Origin: Podarcis bocagei
Taxonomy: Eukaryota
Direction: 5' to 3' (one strand)
Assembly: GCA_964188305.1 (NCBI GenBank)
Contig: OZ076901.1
Length of the DNA stretch: 64,000 nt
In this document: positions 58,581 to 64,000 of the stretch, piece by piece
Layout: the number at the start of each line of letters is the position of its first letter
Numbering within the stretch: position 1 is the first letter of the stretch
Notes under the pieces: model-generated
What the model saw: the letters and a program-made list of their open reading frames with translations, nothing else
What the model was told of the DNA's origin: nothing
Database searches by the model: none
Made by a program: the position numbers and the translations under genes

Positions 58581-61132
58581 CTGGGTAGGAAAAGACAGAT
58601 GGAAGGGGGAACAAGCGTCAGTCTGTGAGGAACGGCCACACCATGCTTTAAGAATTTAAAGAAAGCAAATTCAAAAAAAATATATATCGGGGAGGGTGGG
58701 GGGGTGGGGAGATGAGGAGAAGGGAAAAGGGAGGGAAAAGTCAGGGGAGGGGGGGTGGCTACCTACGGAGGCCCTCCGCTCAGCCTCTGTGCGTCGGATT
58801 AAGCCTCAAAGTCCGCTTCTGTCAGCGCAAGCAAGTTAGCATCATGCATCAGCCCAGCACATCGGAACATCCTGACTCCATGTTCCTGTCAGAGCCAGGA
58901 GCTCTTAAATGCCAACTGCATGCACCCACCCCACCCCAGGGAAACATCTTTAGGTGTTGGGGACCAGAGCTGAAGACACCGTGCTCCTCAAATTTCCCTT
59001 CAGAATTCCACCCCACATTTTTTTCCACCCCTATCCTGAGCACTCAAAGCACATCTGCCGAATATTCGCAGAATATTTGACAGTGGGTGATCATCAGGCT
59101 TCTGTTGCTGTTTGGTACGTGTTTGATAAAGTTTCCCGCTTGGAGATGTTAAGATCCCATGAAAAATCGAGGCAGGTGGATAGAAGCCGCCGAGCCCTAA
59201 AAACGCAGCGTCCTATTTGCAATGCAATTTTGAGTGATTCTTGCTTCGAGTTTGCAATTTTGCAGGCAGTTTATGCATTTAAAATTTATATACCGCTGGG
59301 TTAAAGAAAACCTCAAAGCAGTTTACAAAGAGAATAAAACAGTAAGGTTATTGGTATTATTATTATTATTATTTTAAAAAATCTTTCAAAGAAGAGCAGC
59401 TATTTGCAAAACGGCAAATTCCGACATGTTGTCCATTTTGGTTTTGGGTGGGTGGATTTCTATCTGTGACTATTTGCTTCAGCTCAATGGGCACCCAACT
59501 TGGGAATCAGCTCTGGTCTCTAGAGCTTGCCTGGAATAAGACCCCTGTGTGTGAGCTTTTCGGGGATAAACAGCAGGCACACCTGAAAAGGTGAAAAGAG
59601 AGGCACCCTCTCCCACTACACTCTTCCTCCCAAAGAGACCCCCCATTCTTTCACAGAAAGGTAACATTTCATTAGATGTGGCTTTGCCCCACAGATGTCC
59701 AAATCATGCCATTATTCCTCTTTGAAAATTGGGGAAGAGAGATTGTGTGAGCCAGACACCCAAGTGGTAGGATGTGGTATTACGTCCTCTTCTAGCTCGT
59801 CCTAAAAATTTGCGAGAGGCTTTGGAAAATATTAATGTGATGCAATCCATTAAACCAGCACTGAAAGGAAGTTCCATCAGGGCACCTACTGTATTCAGCA
59901 GGGATGTGTTGCATTTATTTAAATAATGATAATCTGCACCAAGTTAACCCCATATCTGCACCCAGAGAGAAAGCCCCTGCAACCTGTATGAGTTATCCAT
60001 GTTTCGCTTACACCTTTTTATTTACTGATTTTGTAAAATCCGGCACTCAGGGGTAGACTGCGTGTGCATATGGAGGCTTCATTTTTTTTTTTTTTTTTTG
60101 CTGCCGAGTCCTACATCCCTCCATGGAGTTGACTGGCCAAAACCATTGGTGCCAAGACAGTGGTCACCTTTGCACCCGGGCTGGGGTGGGGGAGAGCAAA
60201 CTCCCTAAGTTAATGACACCTCATGAGAAGCAGGGGCTTCTCACAAATTTATGCCCTGCCAGTTTCACTATGTTGACCCTGAGTTCTTCCGGAGGGAAGG
60301 GAATGGTTTCCTACCAGCAACCCTCTCCCACTGCTCGCAAACTTACAAACCTCCACGGCACACGATGTCATCCATTTCACACCGAAGCACCAATTCCCAT
60401 CCCATCTTCTCTCTCTTCACAATAGAGGAAGTATTCTTTTATTCCTCCACGAAATGGAAAAATGAGTGCGACAAGGCAGACCGGCCAAGGCCATGCAAGA
60501 ACTCAGAACAGGGCGGGGGTGAAGTTGGGGTTAGACGCCTGGCTTTGAGCCAAAGGCATTATCGTTGCTGCATATTAGCCCAAGCAAATGCTGGACGGAA
60601 AGAGAGAGAAAGAAGGAAAGAAAGAACGAAGGAAGGACAGAGAGAGGGGGACCACTGTATCTTGTTTGGTGTATCCAAATTTAAGATGAATGCCAGAATC
60701 CTACAGCTGAAAAGCCTCCCCACCCCCTCCCCACAAACCATAGGCTCACCTGCATCTGTCAACCCCACCAGTATATTTTCTCATCTCCCCCCCCAAAAAA
60801 ATCAAGTTGTTTTCACTGCATGTTCCAGTCTAGAAACCTTGCCCTCCAGATCCCACCACATGGGGCTGCGATTGCTCGTTGGTGCACTCTGCAATCTGCT
60901 CAGAAGTCCTCTCTCCTCTCTATTGCACCATGTGAGTTGGGTGTAGCAAATTCAGTCCTGCACTCCCAAGAGCCCTAGACAGGGAACATTTGTGGGGAGA
61001 GGGTGCATCCCCCCCAAACAGAGCACTCCAAAGGACCGAGCAAGCTTTCCATTGCAGTTGTAAGGAGGGTGCTGCCAGGGACCGAGCAAAGGAGCCCATC
61101 TCCCACCAGGGCAGACCTGCACAACGCGAACA

Positions 61133-61322
61133 AGGACCATAGCTTAGTGGTACAGCAGTCTGCCTTGCATGCAGAAGGTTCCAGGTTCGATCCCTTGCGT
61201 CTCCAGGTAGGGCTGGGGCAAAGATCCAGGCCTGAAACCCTGGAGAGCTTCTGCCAGTCAGAGTAGACAGTACTAGATGCACCAATGGCATGAACGGTAG
61301 AAGGCAGCTCCCTAGGTTCCTC
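61133..61322 (+). mobile_element. tRNA-derived squamate SINE
   Basis: A-box-like tagcttagtgg and B-box ggttcgatccc followed by the SINE body. Confidence 0.78.
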
Positions 61323-64000
61323 ACTTGCAACCTGTGGGGTGAGCAAAACAGCAGGGAGAGGGGAGATCTTCACCCTCTTTCTCTGCCTGTCTCTCAATTC
61401 CAGAGGAGACTGCAACTCTGGGCTCAGACTCCAAGCTCACCCATCACCCCCCGCTGCCATGCCACACTTCCCATTATTAACAATTCAGTAGCAAAATAGC
61501 AAGATGCCGTTTGTTTTCACACAATCCCCCGGCACTTGTGTGCCCGCCCCTGTGACACCCCGTTGCCATGACACTTCCACAGATCTCTCTTTCCCCAATG
61601 CCGCCTGCAAGGTGAATTGTGGTTAGGGGTGGGCCGGAGGGGGGGTGGGGAGAGAGAGATTATAGTTTCCAGCATTTGCATCCAGTCTCTCTGCTTCTCT
61701 CAAAGCTTCCCTGCTCCCCCCCCCCCAAATTTATCCTTTGCCTCCAAGTTGTCTTTTTCTCTTTTACTGGGCTTGAAATATAAGGCTTGACACACAGGGA
61801 TGTTTCCTATTCCTTTCCTATCGCACAGAAAGCCTTGCCTGCTAAATGGCTGGGTGGTGTTGCACTCAAGGTAGGGTTCCGCTTAGGGGCAGAGGAGCAG
61901 CGGCTGGTTAGAAATTTGGCAACCTCGCACAGCTCACTGTTCAATGACTTTGGGAGACCGTGGGTTCAATCCAGGGCTAGTCCTACTCAGAGTAGGGCCC
62001 TTGACTACGTTAGAGTAGTTCATTTGAATGGGTTTTCTCCAAGCGGAACCGAGTTGGCTACAAGCCCAGGAAACCCAGTTTTGTGGGGGAAATACCAATC
62101 AGAGTAGGAGGAAGAGCAAAAGGGGAACCAGAAGTAGAAAAGAAGGGAAGGGGTTTGTTTTTTTTTTTTTTTGAGAGAGAGAAAGGGACAACCATCTTAT
62201 GGAAGGGATAATGAAAAGGAACGTTCACGACACCGCCACTTGGTGGCGGTAGAGACCAGCTCTGCGCCCCAGATTCTTGGTGGGGAGGCGACTTTCAAGA
62301 GCATTTTGAGATTCCTTGCAGCCCCCTTTGCCCTCTGCAAACATCCTTTGTGGAGGAGGCCTTCCTTCCTCCCTTTCTGTCCAAGAAACAAGCTCCAAGC
62401 CAGGGTTGCTTTTCCTGTGAGATCCCCTAACGACAGGGAGATCCTCTTCAAACAGCGTCATCCCAAACCGTTGGGATTCCCTTTGAAGCTCAGAAGATCC
62501 TCAGCCTGTATCTCAACCTTCCCTCTCCCAAGCCAGCCATACTAGGAACATTTCACATTGTCTGACTGCACGGAGATGTTCAGAAACCTCAATGAGATGC
62601 CAGGTTGCAACAGGGTTGGGAAGACATGTGGAATTGCAATGATTTGTCCCCTGCCAAACAGTGATGGGGAGCCTTTTTCTTCTTCCAGCCTGAGGCCTGC
62701 ATGCCTTCTAGTGGCAAGTGGGGACAGAGGCAACAGCGTGTGGAGGCAAGGCCAAAAGTGGGCAGAGCTATGGCCGTGACTCTTAACTTTCTGCAACAGG
62801 CTCCATTTCAGCCACGCAAAATCCAGAGGCAAGGAAGACAGCCTGAGGTTCTCCACTCCTGTCATAGTCCAACACTTTGAATGCTACATTACACAACATT
62901 GCCTCTTCTTGAAGGCCAGATTACATCTAACTCTAGAATTAGGAGCATTCTCACCTGCAACCCCATTGGACTATGACCTCTGTTTGCATGCTCCAAAATT
63001 ACCTGGGACCTCAGCTCTTCCTAACTGGCTTTTTCTCAACCAGCTCCACCAAAAGACAAAAGATTCGGGGTTACATCCAATGCTAGTTCTACTCAAAGAA
63101 GACCCACTGAAGTTGATGGGTGACTTTGAAGAGTTGCCGGAACTCACCATGAATGCCTCCGCTTCAGAGGTGCCAGAACTGAGCTTCATCGATTTCTGGC
63201 CGAAAGAAAGCCCTGGTTGTATCTAACTAAGGTTCATTAATTTCAATGGGTCAACTATGAAGAGAACACAGTGGCATACAAGCTTTTGACTCCCCCACCA
63301 CTCCCACCTCCAATCCCACATCAGTGTCATCTTTCCACCCAGCTCTGCTGGCCCAAAGTTGACCTCTGCTGCTGATGAATAACTTATCCTTTCCGCAGGG
63401 ATCATTCCAGATTCCCTCACTCAGGCGTCTCGCCTGCACCGTCTGTCCTGTGTGGTTCGTTTTGCACATTGCACAGCGGTAGAAAACACACACCACATGC
63501 TGCACCACTGCAGAATATAACTGGCCAAAGCCCAACATCCTGGACTAGCTGGGCCACTCGCCTGATCCAGCAAGACTCTTCTTATGTTTGAGTCCAGCAT
63601 CTTGCTCTCCAACCAGATGCCTTTGGGAAGCCTGCATAAAAGACCTGAGCGCTCTCTCCCGCTGGTGATGTCTAAATCTAAGAAGCTACCCAAGACTGTT
63701 GTCTGACCATTCAGCCCTTTAGCCCACTCTGCAGGATCATTCGCTTCCTGGTGCATTGGGCCCCCAAGCCAATGAATGGGTGTGCATGTCTGATGTTGGG
63801 GCTCCCCATCTCTGGCACCAAAATGGCTCGGACAGGCCCTTGCAAAATGGTTGTGCCAGCCTCAGAAATCCTGGGGACACCCCTTGCCTCCAAGGGGCCC
63901 AGTCTCGCTGCAAATCTGCACTGGGGGTGGGAGTCTGTTGCTGCATCTGAAAACCCCATTAGGAGGAAAACAATCTGGAGAGGATTAAAGCCCTGCCATG

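Noticed and set aside
58581-58614. N-terminal MFPLPSVFSYP of the track ORF
   Set aside because: Intronic pyrimidine tract; the exon starts at the acceptor at 58580.
57895-58659. 254-aa plus-strand ORF and two alternative-frame minus-strand ORFs
   Set aside because: Shadow frames of the GC-rich nectin-1 alpha exon.
60251-60946. 231-aa plus-strand ORF in the NECTIN1 intron
   Set aside because: No recognisable domain, low-complexity stretches, antisense to the host gene; most likely chance.
61133-61205. tRNA-like sequence with A and B boxes
   Set aside because: Head of a SINE with several diverged copies in the window, not a functional tRNA gene.

Overview
Eukaryotic DNA from a squamate reptile, probably a lacertid lizard, judged from Sauria SINE, Bov-B, Penelope, L2, CR1 and L1 content. 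The window holds the 3' half of NECTIN1 (PVRL1/HveC) on the minus strand; the Ig-domain exons lie beyond 64,000. Two mutually exclusive phase-1 transmembrane exons are present. The first is the alpha terminal exon (58036-58580, ending in the afadin-binding ...KKEWYV*), with a probable ~8 kb 3'UTR. The second, ~41 kb further downstream, opens a four-exon beta cassette (17061-17208, 15658-15748, 15147-15260, 7260-7403) whose GT-AG junctions are all phase-compatible. The last beta exon encodes two ITIM-type tyrosine motifs (VQYAEL and VEYATI, 27 residues apart) that I do not recall in human nectin-1 beta. Splicing may therefore switch this adhesion molecule between an afadin/PDZ tail and a phosphatase-recruiting tail; this is the main finding. 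The introns carry a young L1 with intact ORF1 and ORF2 and a perfect 17-bp TSD, nested in a Tc1/mariner MITE. They also carry three Penelope-like insertions with inverted arms and minimal hammerhead-ribozyme motifs, many SINEs, LINE fragments, MITEs and microsatellites, and two N gaps. Most short ORFs in the supplied track are noise. Homology statements come from memory of the families, not from database searches.
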